Shown here: positions 51,839-64,000 of the stretch, piece after piece | How positions within the stretch are numbered: position 1 is the first letter of the stretch | Layout: each line of letters begins with the position of its first letter | DNA from: Octopus sinensis | Lineage: Eukaryota | Reading direction: 5' to 3' | NCBI RefSeq assembly: GCF_006345805.1 | Contig: NC_042997.1 | Location: 9,982,001 to 10,046,000 of the forward strand | Length of the DNA stretch: 64,000 nt | Notes under the pieces: model-generated | What the model saw: the letters and a program-made list of their open reading frames with translations, nothing else | Told to the model about the DNA's origin: nothing | Database searches by the model: none | Translations under genes and position numbers: made by a program

Positions 51839-51878
51839 AAGAAATTTGAAAAGCTACACGCGAAATCGGTAATTTCTT
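51839..51878 (+). ncRNA. Candidate minimal type I hammerhead ribozyme (U3-A8 core variant) in the PLE 3' UTR
   Basis: AAGAAAT-TTGAAAA-GC(tacac)GC-GAAA-TCGG-TA-ATTTCTT: perfect 7-bp stem I, 2-bp stem II, quasi-palindromic stem III and GUA triplet. Confidence 0.6.
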
Positions 51879-52054
51879 AAAAAATTTTTAAATTATGTCA
51901 TTTTAAGGAAAGGGAAAAAAAATTTTTCCAATATTCTCCAGACATTTTGACACAAATATATATATTTTTTAACATTTAAGCCTTCTGTCGTTTTTTCACA
52001 CTTTACTATTTTCTTATATATTCACCCACGTGCTTTACCAAACAAACTTTCTTA

Positions 52055-52129
<75 letters not shown>

Positions 52130-52134
52130 GTATG

Positions 52135-52165
<31 letters not shown>

Positions 52166-53014
52166 GTTTGCGTATGTATATGTTTTGTATGAGACGTGTG
52201 TATAATTATGTATATGCATATTTTGTATCAATGAGTAAATATCCTTATGAATGTTCTGCTTTCTGATTCCAAATAACAAACTATTTAATAGACTCCTTAT
52301 TTGAACTGTGTTCATGTCTATTATAGCACATTATTTTCACTTTCTTTTTGGCATCAACAAAGCCGAGGTTTTTGAATTTGTATCACATTCCTGGTGATAA
52401 CGTCTGAGAATTTATACAGGACTACATAAATAAGATTTAGTTAGGATATAAATAATAAAGAAAAAGATTCTTCTCGTATGAAATGATTATTTTTTGCCGG
52501 AAAATAGAAGGAATATCTTTAGAGTGAGAAGTATCACCCGTTATAACTAATCAACATATACTTCTTACAACAAACTTTCAACTAGACTACAAGTGCCGCG
52601 GGGTCTTATATAAATGAAAAGCTCTTAACTACGTAAAGATGAGATTTGAATTAATGTATCAGAGACGAGAAAAAAGTTTCTTTGTAAACGCTAAGATCTG
52701 AAAGGCAGGGAAAAAATATTAACAAACAAATAGTTAACTAAAGACCAATAATTGATTTCTACATATATATTTATATTTTATTTACATGTGTCTGTATATT
52801 TGTGTTTCTATACATATAAATATGTGTATACGTATGTGTTTGTGTATGTGTGAGTGTGTGTGTGTGGAAATACAAGCAATATAAAATGCGTAAACAGCTG
52901 AGGACAGAAACCAGTGCATTCATAAATTATATAACAATAAAGCAATGAAAATAATTCTTTGTGTTTCTAAAACTATGGATAATAGCAATAATGATAAGAA
53001 GAAGAAGAAGAGAA

Positions 53015-53220
53015 AGAATTTCTATCATAGGCACATGACCTGAAATTTTGAGACGGGTTAGTCGTTTCTCACTGCTCTACTGGTATTTACTTCGTCGACC
53101 CCGAAAGGATGAAGAGCAAAGTCGACCTCGGCGGAATTTGAACTCAGAATGTAAAGTAAGAAGAAGTGCCGCTTAGCATTAAGGGCGGTGTGCCAACGTC
53201 TCTGCCAGCGCGTTTGCCTT
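53015..53220 (-). mobile_element. SINE family 1 monomer
   Basis: gaccccgaaaggatgaagagcaaagtcgacctcggcggaatttgaactcagaatg. The head abuts the (AAT)n tract that also hosts the Dong-like LINE. Confidence 0.85.
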
Positions 53221-53242
53221 AATAATAATAATAATAATAATA

Positions 53243-53280
<38 letters not shown>

Positions 53281-53283
<3 letters not shown>

Positions 53284-55719
53284 TGGACATGATAAGATCC
53301 CAAACTTCTGGTTGAAATATCTAACAGGAATGCACAAAAAGCTGGCTGAAAACTTTAACAACATACTAGCAGAACCAGAGACAATGCCAGGATGGCTCAC
53401 GAAGGGGAAAACCATCTTAATTCCCAAATCAAATGAGACAGCAAAACCAGAAAACTGCAGACCAGTAACCTGTCTCCCTACAATGTACAAGGCATTTACT
53501 GCAGTGATATCGCAAAGGTTGAACAAGCACCTGGACGAAAACATCCTGTTTCCAGAAGAGCAGAAAGGATGCCGCAAAGGCTCAAATGACTGTTAAGATC
53601 AACTAATGATTAATAAAGCCATAACTGAAGACAGCCACAGAAATAAGAAAGGCCTCAGTATGGCCTGCATCGACTACAAAAAGGCGTTTGATAGCATCCC
53701 CCACACATGGATCCTCGAAACACTAGCCATTAACAAAGTAGCACCAACAATTATAAAATTCATAAGACACTCTATGAATAAATGGCAAACAGTGCTACAT
53801 CTCCAAACAAAAGAGGAACTCATGAAGAAGAGGAATACTCCAGGGAGACACGCTCTCTCCACTCCTTTTCTGCTTGGCACTGTCACCTCTATCTGATATG
53901 CTAAATAGAACTGGATGCGGATATAAATGTTACGGCAAAACGATCAGCCACCTTTTATATATGGATGACCTAAAACTATACGCTGCAAATGACAAACAGG
54001 TGGAAACACTACTAAAGACAGTTCATGGATTTACCAAAGAAATAGATATGAAATTTGGATTAGAAAAATGCGCCAAAGTAACCCTGAAAAGAGGAAAACT
54101 AGTTAAGAGTAGCAACATCACACTAGATACAACCAATGAAATAAAAGAATTAGACCAAAGCCAAACTTACAAATACTTAGGAATCCACGAACTTGATAAG
54201 ACACCACACACGCTCAAATGAAAGAGAAAATAAAAAAAGAATATTATAGACGAGTTAGATCAATACTAAAAACAGAGCTCAATGCTAAAAACAAGATAAT
54301 AGGTATTAACACTTTAGCTGTCCCAGTTATAAGTTACAGCTACAATATCCTTAACTGGACACTAAATGAACTGACCAAAATAGATAGGAAAACAAGAAAA
54401 ATAATGACAGGATCTATGATGCATCACCCAAAATCTGACATAGAAAGACTATATATACAACGTATAGAAGGCGGTAGAGGCCTTATAAAGCTGGAAAACT
54501 ACTATAAAATAACCACCATAGGAATGCAAAAATATCTACTTCAGAAGGAAGGATAACTGATACAAATAGCGGCAAAACACGAGCAAAACAAAAAACTGTT
54601 CTCAGTATTTAAGGAAGCTGACAAATACAAACAAGAAATCATACCACCTAACAAATATGAAGAAGAAGATGAAGAAACAACAAAAGCTATAAAACAAATG
54701 AAATCCAAACTAAAACTAGAAAAGCAAAGAACTATGATAAAACGATGGCAAGAAAAGCCCCTTCATTGGACTAAACTAAATGCAAAAGAAATAGACAAAG
54801 AAAAATCCCAGCAATGATTGAGAAGCTCAGGACTCAAAGCAGAGACAGAGGGATTTTTAATTGCAGCACAAGACCAAAGCCGCCCCACCAGAAATTACCA
54901 AAAACATGTAATGAAAAGAAATATAACAAGTAACTGCAGAATATGTGGAGATGGACAAGAAACAATAAATCATATTATCTCTGGCTGCCCACTCCTGGCA
55001 AAGAAGGAATATATTCACAGACATGACAGAGTTGGAACCTACATACACTGGAAGCTATGCCAACATTATGGAATAACAACAGAAAAAAAATGGTATAGGC
55101 ACACACCAGAAAAGGTCACAGAAAACGAGAAAGCAACCAAAATCTGGGATATGCCGATACACACAGATAGAGAAATTAAGGCCAGCAGACCAGATATAGT
55201 TGTCAGAGATCATGAAGAATGTGGAATCTAAAAACAGAAACAATCCTTATCATAGTAAGTGCATTAGGCATGATAAAAAAATATTCAGACAAATACATAA
55301 CAAAAACAGCAGGACTTACAAACACATATAACATACAGAAAATTGCACTACTAGGCACTGCACACATCCTACGCAGAACACTTTCCATACAATAGCCATC
55401 AGAACATCACAACAAATCACAGCACATACCCAAGGCACACAGAGCCGCGCTCGGTAGTGAAGTGAAAGCACGCTATAAAAATAAAACTACTGAATGATAA
55501 TAATAATAAAATATTCAGACAAATACATAACAAAAACACCAGGACTTACGAACACATATAACATACAGAAAATTGCACTACTAGGCACTGCACACATCCT
55601 ACGCAGAACACTTTCCATACAATAACCATTAGAGCATCACAACAAATCACAGCACATACCCAAGGCACACAGAGCTGCGCTCGGTAGTGAAGTGAAAGCA
55701 CGCTATAAAAATAAAACTA

Positions 55720-55723
<4 letters not shown>
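53281..55723 (+). mobile_element. R4/Dong-clade LINE, 5'-truncated, inserted in (TAA)n, with duplicated 3' end
   Basis: RT (IDYKKAFDSIPH, SHLLYMDDLKLYA), RLYIQRIEGGRGL, CCHC knuckle CRICG..ETINHIISGC, RHD, and RPDIVV of the RLE domain. Native stop then a ~100-bp 3' UTR. (AAT)n on both sides. Frameshifts and stops present. Confidence 0.95.
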
Positions 55724-55777
<54 letters not shown>

Positions 55778-55784
55778 TAATAAT

Positions 55785-56755
55785 GTGCCAAGGCCACTTT
55801 CTACAAAGGGAAAATGAAGACCTCATATTCCGTGGTGTTGGAGCAGGGACAAACTTAGAAATATGTCGGAATAAATGAGGGCTCTGACATTCAACATACA
55901 AGTATGAAAAAGAAGATCAGGAAGGAGTGTTACAGGAGTCTTCGAGCAGTTCTAAAATCCGAGTTAAATGCACACAACAGGGTGGTAGCTATAAATTCCT
56001 TAGCAGATCCGGTTGTTAATTACAGATTCAATGCGTTGAACTGGAATATGAGCGAAATAAGGAAGATTGGCAGGAAAATCCCAGAGCTGCTGATTTGCAA
56101 TGAGATGCACCACTCAAAGGCAGACGCAGATCGTCTTTACCTACCCAGAGCTCATGGAGGTGAAGGTTTGGTTCAGTTTGAAATCTCTTACAAAACCACT
56201 ACAACTGGACTGGCAAACTATCTTGAAATATCTAACGACTGGGCCAAAAGATCATGGACACACTGAGGAGTACCAGTAACTGGAATACTCCAAGGATAGA
56301 CAAGGTCCCCAGCTTCTGGTTGAAATGTCTCACCAGTACCCATAACCGCTTAGCGGCAACGTTCAATTTCTTGGTAAGGGAGCCAGAATCAACACCAAAA
56401 TGGATGCTGGAAGGGCAAACCAACCTAATTCCCAAAAACAAAGACACCGTACACCCATAAAATTACAGACCAATAACATGCCAATTAACAACCTACAAAA
56501 CCCTAATATCAGTCATCTATAATCGGTTTATAGAACACCTGAAACCAACAATGTCTTACCAAAAGAACACAAAGGGTGCCGAAGAGGGATGTATGGCTGT
56601 AAGGAACAACTTCTGGTAAACCGAGCAATTACAGAGGACTGTAAGAGGAGAAAAACAAACCTGAAAACATTCGACTGTGTTTCACACCCAAGGGTATTGG
56701 AATCTCTCCACACAAATAAGGTAGCTCCACCACTACTAAAATATATTTATTTCTG
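55785..56755 (+). mobile_element. Second R4/Dong lineage, two segments in swapped order
   Basis: 55785-56250 encodes the post-RT region (CAKATF..KSELNAHN..RLYLPRAHGG.GL). 56250-56755 encodes the RT N-terminus ([32 protein letters not shown]). Confidence 0.8.
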
Positions 56756-56764
56756 TATTGCCAA

Positions 56765-56860
56765 CGGTGGTACTAAACATAGAGGGGACAAACAAGGACA
56801 GACAAAGGGATTAAGCCGATTACATCGACCCAAGTGCGTAGCTGGTACTTATTTAATTAA
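56765..56860 (-). mobile_element. SINE family 1 tail fragment
   Basis: aacatagaggggacaaacaaggacagacaaagggattaagccgattacatcgaccc matches the units at 3690-3720 and 5985-6035. Confidence 0.8.
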
Positions 56861-57039
56861 CCAACAGTAACTATTCGGTCTATGGTAGAATAGTTTAACT
56901 ACACCATCATAGTGCTACTCAGAAGCAGATGAATATGTTAACAAATTTATGAATTGTAAAGGGAAAAAAACAGAATTAGAGAGGGGGAGAGAGGGGGACA
57001 GAAAAACAAAAGCAGCGGATGCATAATAGGGCTATCAAA

Positions 57040-57254
57040 TTTGGATGAAAAAGTTCCTGGATTTGTGGGTGTCGCAAAAGGCCTAGTTGGAGGCCCAACT
57101 TTCCGAGTTCTTTTACAGGCCTTAAAAAAACTGAAGGACCCCTGCCATAAGTGTGTGAATTTGAGACTGGAATATGTTGAAGAAAATCATAATTAACTGA
57201 TCCTCCTGCAATGTCTTTTACCCAAGGCCAGGAAGTTTTCAGCAACCCCTCGTA
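57040..57254 (+). mobile_element. Mariner-derived MITE or internal-deletion derivative
   Basis: Imperfect TIRs gaaaaagttcctgg (57047-57060) and ccaggaagttttcagcaacccctcg-TA (57228-57254). The interior retains a transposase C-terminus-like CHKCVNLRLEYVEEN. Confidence 0.65.
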
Positions 57255-59689
57255 CTCGAAGAAGCAAAGCACCCTGGAATTACAATTGCACCCTGCAATA
57301 ACAACGTCGCCGCCGTTCAAGAATTTGAACCTGCAGATCTCCTTTTCTAGCGACTTCGAGAGCCACCTCCCAATGGTGGCGGGCGTGAACGAAAACCCCC
57401 TCTACTACAACAAGATGACCAAATTTGTTTTATTTTCCAATGTATGGGGTCTCACGCCCCTAAGCCCTAGACCATCACCTAATCACCCTTACCCGTCTTG
57501 TTGCTTAACAACAACAACAATAACAACGTCGCCAGTTTTTATTTAGATCTTTTTTTTCTTTTATTGCTTTAAGTGAATTTCTTCAGTATATTCGGTGATT
57601 TTCGTCCTGCTGTCGTGTGTCGTTAGAGTTGTTGGTGGTGATATTTTTTATTGTTGTTTTCTACTGGAAGCTCTTGTATCGAAATGATCTTCTGGAAGTT
57701 TTACACAATACCATGATTTACAAAAACAGCAACTTCCTCTTTTTGTGTATTTAACTAGACGAAGTTCGAGACAATGAAGGGGCATTTATGTAATCGGTTG
57801 AGCCGTATTCTAGAAATAGCAAGCAAATCTGTCTTAGAGGATAGAGCAGACACACTCGTGGTTATAACTACGTTACCTTTGAACATAGATCAGTTTGGTC
57901 AAATATGATTTCGGTTTAAGCCCCAAAGACAACAACAAAAACAAGAACTTCATGTTTTTGAAGCATTTGCATTTACGACTAGATTTTGAAATAGAAGTTT
58001 TTGACATTGTCTTCAAACCATAAATTTTATAACTTCTCTCAAATATTCTATATACATACAAGTATGTATGTATGTGTGTGCATGAGTGTGTGTGTGCGTG
58101 TATGTGCGTGCGTGCTTGTTTGTGTGTGTCTGTCTATCTGTCTGCGTATGTATCTGCATCTGTGTCTGTGTGTTTGTGTGTGTGTGTGTATCCACTTCAT
58201 AACAATTGTGTAACTGACGTCACTCAGTTTCTCTTAATTTCTCGTCTCGAGTTAATAATTTCACTTTTGCATATTAATTAATGATAGCAATAAAATCCAT
58301 TATACAGTTTATCTTACCGTAGGATTACTTTAAAAATGTTAATGCTTCTATTACTTAATCCCATGTTAAGTTCATTAACAGTAATTTTCTGTATAAAACA
58401 GAGTAATATTTCATTAATTACGTCAGTGAACTCTTTATCTTTTCATGTAGCATTGTAAATGCAAATTCATCGAAACAAAATCTAATTCAGTTGTAGTAAA
58501 CTACTTATAAAAGTATTCTCATACGACTGCAATCCAGTACCTGCTTTGTTCTTTCCTACAGAAGATGTGCAACGCTTTTGTTCACTATTTAATCATAATA
58601 ATTTTATCAGAAATTACACATCCTCCAATATGATCATATAGGTATAAAATCCTGATGCACCAATCATACAGCTAGGTCTTGCGATTATTTGTGTTACACA
58701 AGCTACATCTAATTGGTTTCCTATATCAAGTAGTTCTTTTTCTGTTTCCTGTATAATTCCTGTCAATGTGGTCTGTCATGCGACTGACATATTCTCTTGG
58801 ACATAATTTATGAGGTGTTCATGTGAGTGATTGTCTATTATATTGTATCTCATTCAAGCTCTTTGGTTTAGAAAACAATATTGCGAATACCACTTGGCAT
58901 TAAATGGTATTTGCCTATATTGTAGAAAGGCTTATTAATATTCAAGTAGTGCTAAATGTGTGCAACTTAATAATTTTACAGACTATCAGTTTGTAAAATA
59001 TATTAATTTTCCCATAAGAAAATAGCTTCTCCTGTTTCCTTATTGCTATTTCCAATGCAGCTTGTCTTTCTTTCTCAAATTCTCAGCTCTTCTATCCATT
59101 TATGGCGAGTTCGGTGCCGTTGTGAAATCTTTCATATCAAGCAAAATGTTACAAAAATATCTAAGTCCTATCTTAATTGACTTAGTTGTTTTTGGCATCC
59201 GTTTACATATGTGATAAATATAAAACACTCTTTTATTAAATAAAGAAGATTATATTTCTTCCCTAGATTTTAGTTTGCAATTGTTATAGTAAAATTAGGT
59301 ATTTTTCTTATTCCTTTTATTATAATTCTATTATCCCTGGCAGAATCAGTTGATAAAAGGCCGTCTGGTATTCATTTGACCACTTATTTTCCAGAAGTTC
59401 CAGCACCACCGATGTCGGCTTTGATTTTCACCTTTCGGGGTTCAATAAAATACCAGCAAAATATTGTGTAGATTTGAACAAATTTTACAAGCCACAAATA
59501 TTTATGACTTTGTGCTTATATACGAAATGATCATTTCTTAAACCTACATTTCACATCTCTATATTTAATTGTTAAAAGTTCCATTTCCATAATGACTTTT
59601 ATATTATTGAAAATTACTCTGTCTGTTTGGTTCACATTGCATATTTTGTTTTGAATCAGGAGGAAGGAACTCTTGTTGTATTTTTGCAT

Positions 59690-60200
59690 CCACGCCCCCA
59701 ACTGACTCCCACGATTGGTATGAGAAGGCTACCTCTCGCTGCTTGAGCATCTGTCTATGCCAATGACGTTGCAACCAGATTCCTCAACTAATCTGTCTTC
59801 TGTTATTCTGTGCAGGTCGGCGAAATTGAGGCCTGTCTATTCTTTGATGCTATGAGCCCATCTTTGCCTTGGCCTTCCTTACTTTCGTCCACCTTCCACT
59901 GTGCCGTGCACGATTGAATTTTTCAAGGTAAGAACTTCTTTGACATGGCCATACCATTTCAATTTCATTGTCTTCCCAAACATCATCAGATTCTTGTGTG
60001 CCCCAATAGCCTGGGTTATATTCATCATCACTTCGGTATTTGTCATGTGTTTTTGTACAACATACCTTGAAGCACTGCGTTCGCCAACGGACTGATCTGG
60101 ACATCGATGTCTGTGGGGAAAAGTAGGTGCATGAAGAGAATTTCAAAAGGTTGAAGTTCAGAGGAGGAATGGCTGGAACGAAGGTTAGTGCAGCGTCCAG
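59690..60200 (-). mobile_element. RTE-clade LINE 3' end, decayed
   Basis: Frameshift-corrected minus strand reads KLKWYGHV...IVHGTVEGGRK.GRPRQRW..SIKE.TG, typical of RTE C-termini. Confidence 0.7.
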
Positions 60201-63200
60201 AAGGGGTTGACAGAATGACTGCAGAGAGGTGAACCGATTTACTATCGCTTTTTTTAACCTACGCTCTATATTCTTTTCTTGGATCTTCTACTCAAAATTC
60301 CATGATGATAATTTCATTTTATATCTATATACAGAATTTATATTTTCCGTCGTACAAACTTTATAAACTCATGACAGATTCATCACAATAATGTAACATA
60401 GTATGATTCAAGTTAAACATTGAAAGCAATATTCAATTTGTCTACTTTAGGTTATTGATCTCATGCTTTCGTTGATGAGAAAGTTGTTTTTTTTTTAAGA
60501 AGTTCAACACCAACATGAAACATTTCAGATATTCATTCCTATTTTTGCAGCACTTCTTGTTTTGTTTAGGAAAACATCTTCTGTACTACTTCCTACCAAC
60601 AACACACCTTATATTTCGATAGTTTACATTTACAAAGCAATATATCTAGTAAGTATATATTTTTCTGAATGATGTGTGTGTATGTATGTATGTATGTATG
60701 TATGTATAAGATTCCTGCTTATGTCATACAGTGCAAGTTCTCAGGTAAATCAGGTGATAGAACAAATATTATTCCCTATTCGTCCACCATCATAACAAAT
60801 TTTGAAAATAAAGACGATGTAAAGATGGTAAAAAGAGAATCTTAAATATACACTAAATATCATGTTAATGACAAAAGGCTCTCATTTATTGTAAAAAGTT
60901 ATGTTGCTACAAGTTATATGTAGATTGTTTTTTACTTTTTTCAGAAATTACAGAAAGAACTGCAGTAAATTACATTAAACTTTGTATATGAATAGTACTT
61001 ATTGGCCCTACTCGGTAGGGAAATACTTCGGTGTAGCAAATACTTAAATCTTTTACACTAACACTACCGTTTCATTACCTCAAAGCATTATACATTAGTA
61101 ATTATTATAGCAATTTTCACAAAATGTATTACCTTGTCAACAAACCTTGACATGGATTTTTACAGATCTGTACAATCAAACTAGATTAATACTGTAAATA
61201 AAACCAAATGAAATTAAATTACATTCAAATATTTTATTCTTTCATCATGCCAATCTTAAAGGCTATGTCCGTTAAATACATTGGATAATGTTAGCCTACA
61301 CACATCCTATTTATAAGGCAAAATAACAGCATGGTCTCAGCAACTCCCCAGTAAACCATTGCTTAATGGAATGCTAAGTAAAACATCTTTAATTTTGTCA
61401 TTTCTGTTTTTATAATGTCTTCTAAAGAGCTCCGTTTTTTATTTCTATCAATATATTTTGTCATTTGTGTCGCTGACCGCCTAGATTTTAGAAGCATTGG
61501 CTCGCCGAAAACATTTTTCACTGGCTCATTTGCTGTGTCGAATTAGAAAACACCTTCTTTGTTTCGGGATACAGCAAAATAGTATTCCAGAAAGAACTTT
61601 GGTATTAATGCCTTCACTGATCGAATTAAAATAGATAGCATAGATATATCAACATTCCGTACTGCTTGTATTTCCAAAGTTATATCACGCTACATATTTT
61701 TCCGAGCGTTTTCTCTGGGAAAATTACATTGTTAAAATAAATAACAAACTCAATTAATAGACATGTACCATTTTTTCTGGTTATTAATTACTACTAAAGC
61801 ACCTCAATAATATAATTTGTTTGCAAAGCAAAGTCAGACCAAATTTTACTTTGGGCATTCTCCATTATTATTTCTGATTGATGCTCATACCATTTATCAA
61901 TTACGCCTTAGTCATTATTTTTTATTGCACGTTTCCCAATGAATTTTCTTTCATATCCATGGTGGAATTTTTTATAGCTTCTGGCTATTTTACTACGTTT
62001 CATAAATGAATTAGTTAATCGCCACGTCCCTGGTTATACACTCCTCATACCTACTGAAGCGACTAATTTTTTCGAGTTATCTACTTTCATGTAATTAATA
62101 ATGTTAATGAGTGTTGTGATGATGATAATTTCTTTGTTTGCTACCTAAGTAATGAAGCGACAAAAACTATACTGTGCAATGCAATTAAGAATAAAATGCA
62201 TTTCAATGAACTCACTACATAATACATTATATCTAAAAAAATATAATCATAACTCGTCTATGCATTATATACACATTTATGTATATATATGTGTACAATG
62301 ATAGTAGATAAATGAACACATAAATTACCGTTAATATAATGAGCAAATAACCACCAAGATTAGGGTGCCCCGAAATAACTCTACGAACTGATACCACACT
62401 TAACTTGCAATAATAATTAGTTAATTATACGTGTAAGAAATTTATTGATAAATCATAACGAGATCGTTTTATTTCTTTTTTCAATGACCCTAACTTTGTC
62501 AGGGTCGTTAGTAATGAAACGGAATTAAAAGGTTACATTGGGAATTGAAACTATTTTACAACGTGTATTTCCCGAGCAAGAAAACAGTGTGATTATACAC
62601 TGCAGAGTTTTATATTGTTATAATAGTTTTGTTTAAGTTGTCACAAGAAACAGAGGTACTGTATTCTCAAAGAGAAGTAGAGTGGTATTTTTAACACTCA
62701 GGGTTATTCCTCGTAAACGCATAAGCAGCTTAAATTGAAGAAAACCTTAACTATGAATCAAAACACAGACACACACAGGTACGGCTGAATATTTATCATT
62801 TTACTTTCTGTTTTGGTTGGTTTATAGATTTTACAAAAGTATTTTAAAGTTTATAGTAATGGTGTGTAAATAAAATGACTTAGTCGCTAGAAATTTCTCT
62901 TCTGCTCCAGTCTTCCCGTCTATGAAATATATGTAATGATCGATATATGACCAGCGTATAGTATACTCTAAAGGATGTAGTTGATAATTACAATGAACAT
63001 ATGCGTTATTTAATTACGACGTTTATGTTTTCAGTTGATTTTAATTTCCATCCAACTTAATAATTTTTCTTATAGAAGGGGGTGAGGATTTTAAAATATT
63101 TGAACAAATTGCCATGTTTAATAAAATTACGATAGTTTCAAATTTTTCAAAGTTGTTCATCACCATATCGAATAAAAAGGCAAGGCCTTTTTCCTTTTCT

Positions 63201-64000
63201 AATTCATAATGACGAGAGTACTTCAGCCTCAAAAATATTGCGATGGGTGGAAGCTGGTATTTGTCAGTTTATGATGCAGTGCCCCGAGTTCGTGCAGAAT
63301 TCCATTTCATGTACCACTTAAGAAATGCAATCGAATCCAATATAATTCACCTAAACCTCTTACATAAAACTTGTATACTCTGTGCATATATTACGAAGCA
63401 ATGTAGAATGATATATTTCTGAAATCCGCATATTTGCACTTTGAGGTATAGTCGACCGAAACTTTCCTTTTTAACAGACAATATTGATGATGGTCGCGAC
63501 ATTTGTTGAAAAGGTGTTCGATGAAATCAATTGCACTAATTATATTGATAGCGGTTAATTATTTTGTTGACCTCTGACAGTGTAAATGTGAACGTCGAAA
63601 GCAGTGTTCCAAAAGCAGTGGTGTCTCAGAAACACTAAAATTTTAGCGATTTTTTTTTCTTACATTTAACGTTATCTCTTTTGACTTATAATTCTGGCTT
63701 GGTTATATTTTGTTGCTTTTTTCTTATTTTTTTCCAATATCGATTATCCTTGGTCGATTGAATTGATGGTGTGTTTCCCTGGAAAATTTGGACAATGTTA
63801 TAGATCAATGGTTTATCCAGTGACCTTTGAGTGAGAACGAACACTTTGTGTACACCGATATCTTAGGCTGGTTCTCTAAAGATTTTTATCTTGATATATT
63901 TCAATCGTATAAGTTATGTATGGACGGGAAAAATTAAAGAGTAGTAAAGTGTGTGTCATCAACATGGGAGAACATATTATTGTTGTTTTGCATCTAGATT

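Larger units (their letters stand above)
50186..52016 (+). mobile_element. Penelope-like element 1, inverted 5'-truncated plus-strand copy
   Basis: Reverse complement of 47299-49011, roughly 98% identical by eye. Confidence 0.95.

Noticed and set aside
58350-58950. Possible Mutator/MULE transposase relic on the minus strand
   Set aside because: Only faint motif resemblance across several frames with many stops; cannot be supported without a profile search.

Overview
AT-rich eukaryotic DNA, almost entirely repeats. The abundant tRNA-headed SINE types and (TA)n/(TACA)n/(TAA)n microsatellites look like an octopus (coleoid cephalopod) genome; this is inference from recalled repeat families, not a database hit. 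I found no confident host protein-coding exon, rRNA, tRNA or CRISPR array, so the window is probably intergenic or intronic. It contains: a complete but dead maT-like (DD37D spacing) Tc1/mariner element with TIRs and TA target duplication (132-1417); further mariner relics; a truncated Ty3/Gypsy LTR element with a tRNA-Ser(GCU) primer-binding site; four R4/Dong-clade (RLE) LINE pieces associated with (TAA)n; CR1-like and RTE-like LINE 3' ends; at least four SINE families; and two clear Penelope-like elements (PLEs). The most striking structure is a young head-to-head PLE palindrome (47299-52016, ~1.7-1.8 kb arms, RT + GIY-YIG). Both 3' UTRs carry a 40-nt minimal hammerhead-ribozyme fold whose core has the compensatory U3-A8 pair instead of canonical C3-G8. 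Two other hammerhead-like motifs, head-to-tail SINE multimers sharing one junction, and several local inverted duplications are also present. Most long ORFs in the supplied track are microsatellite artefacts. Coordinates were counted by eye; boundaries of degenerate elements are approximate.
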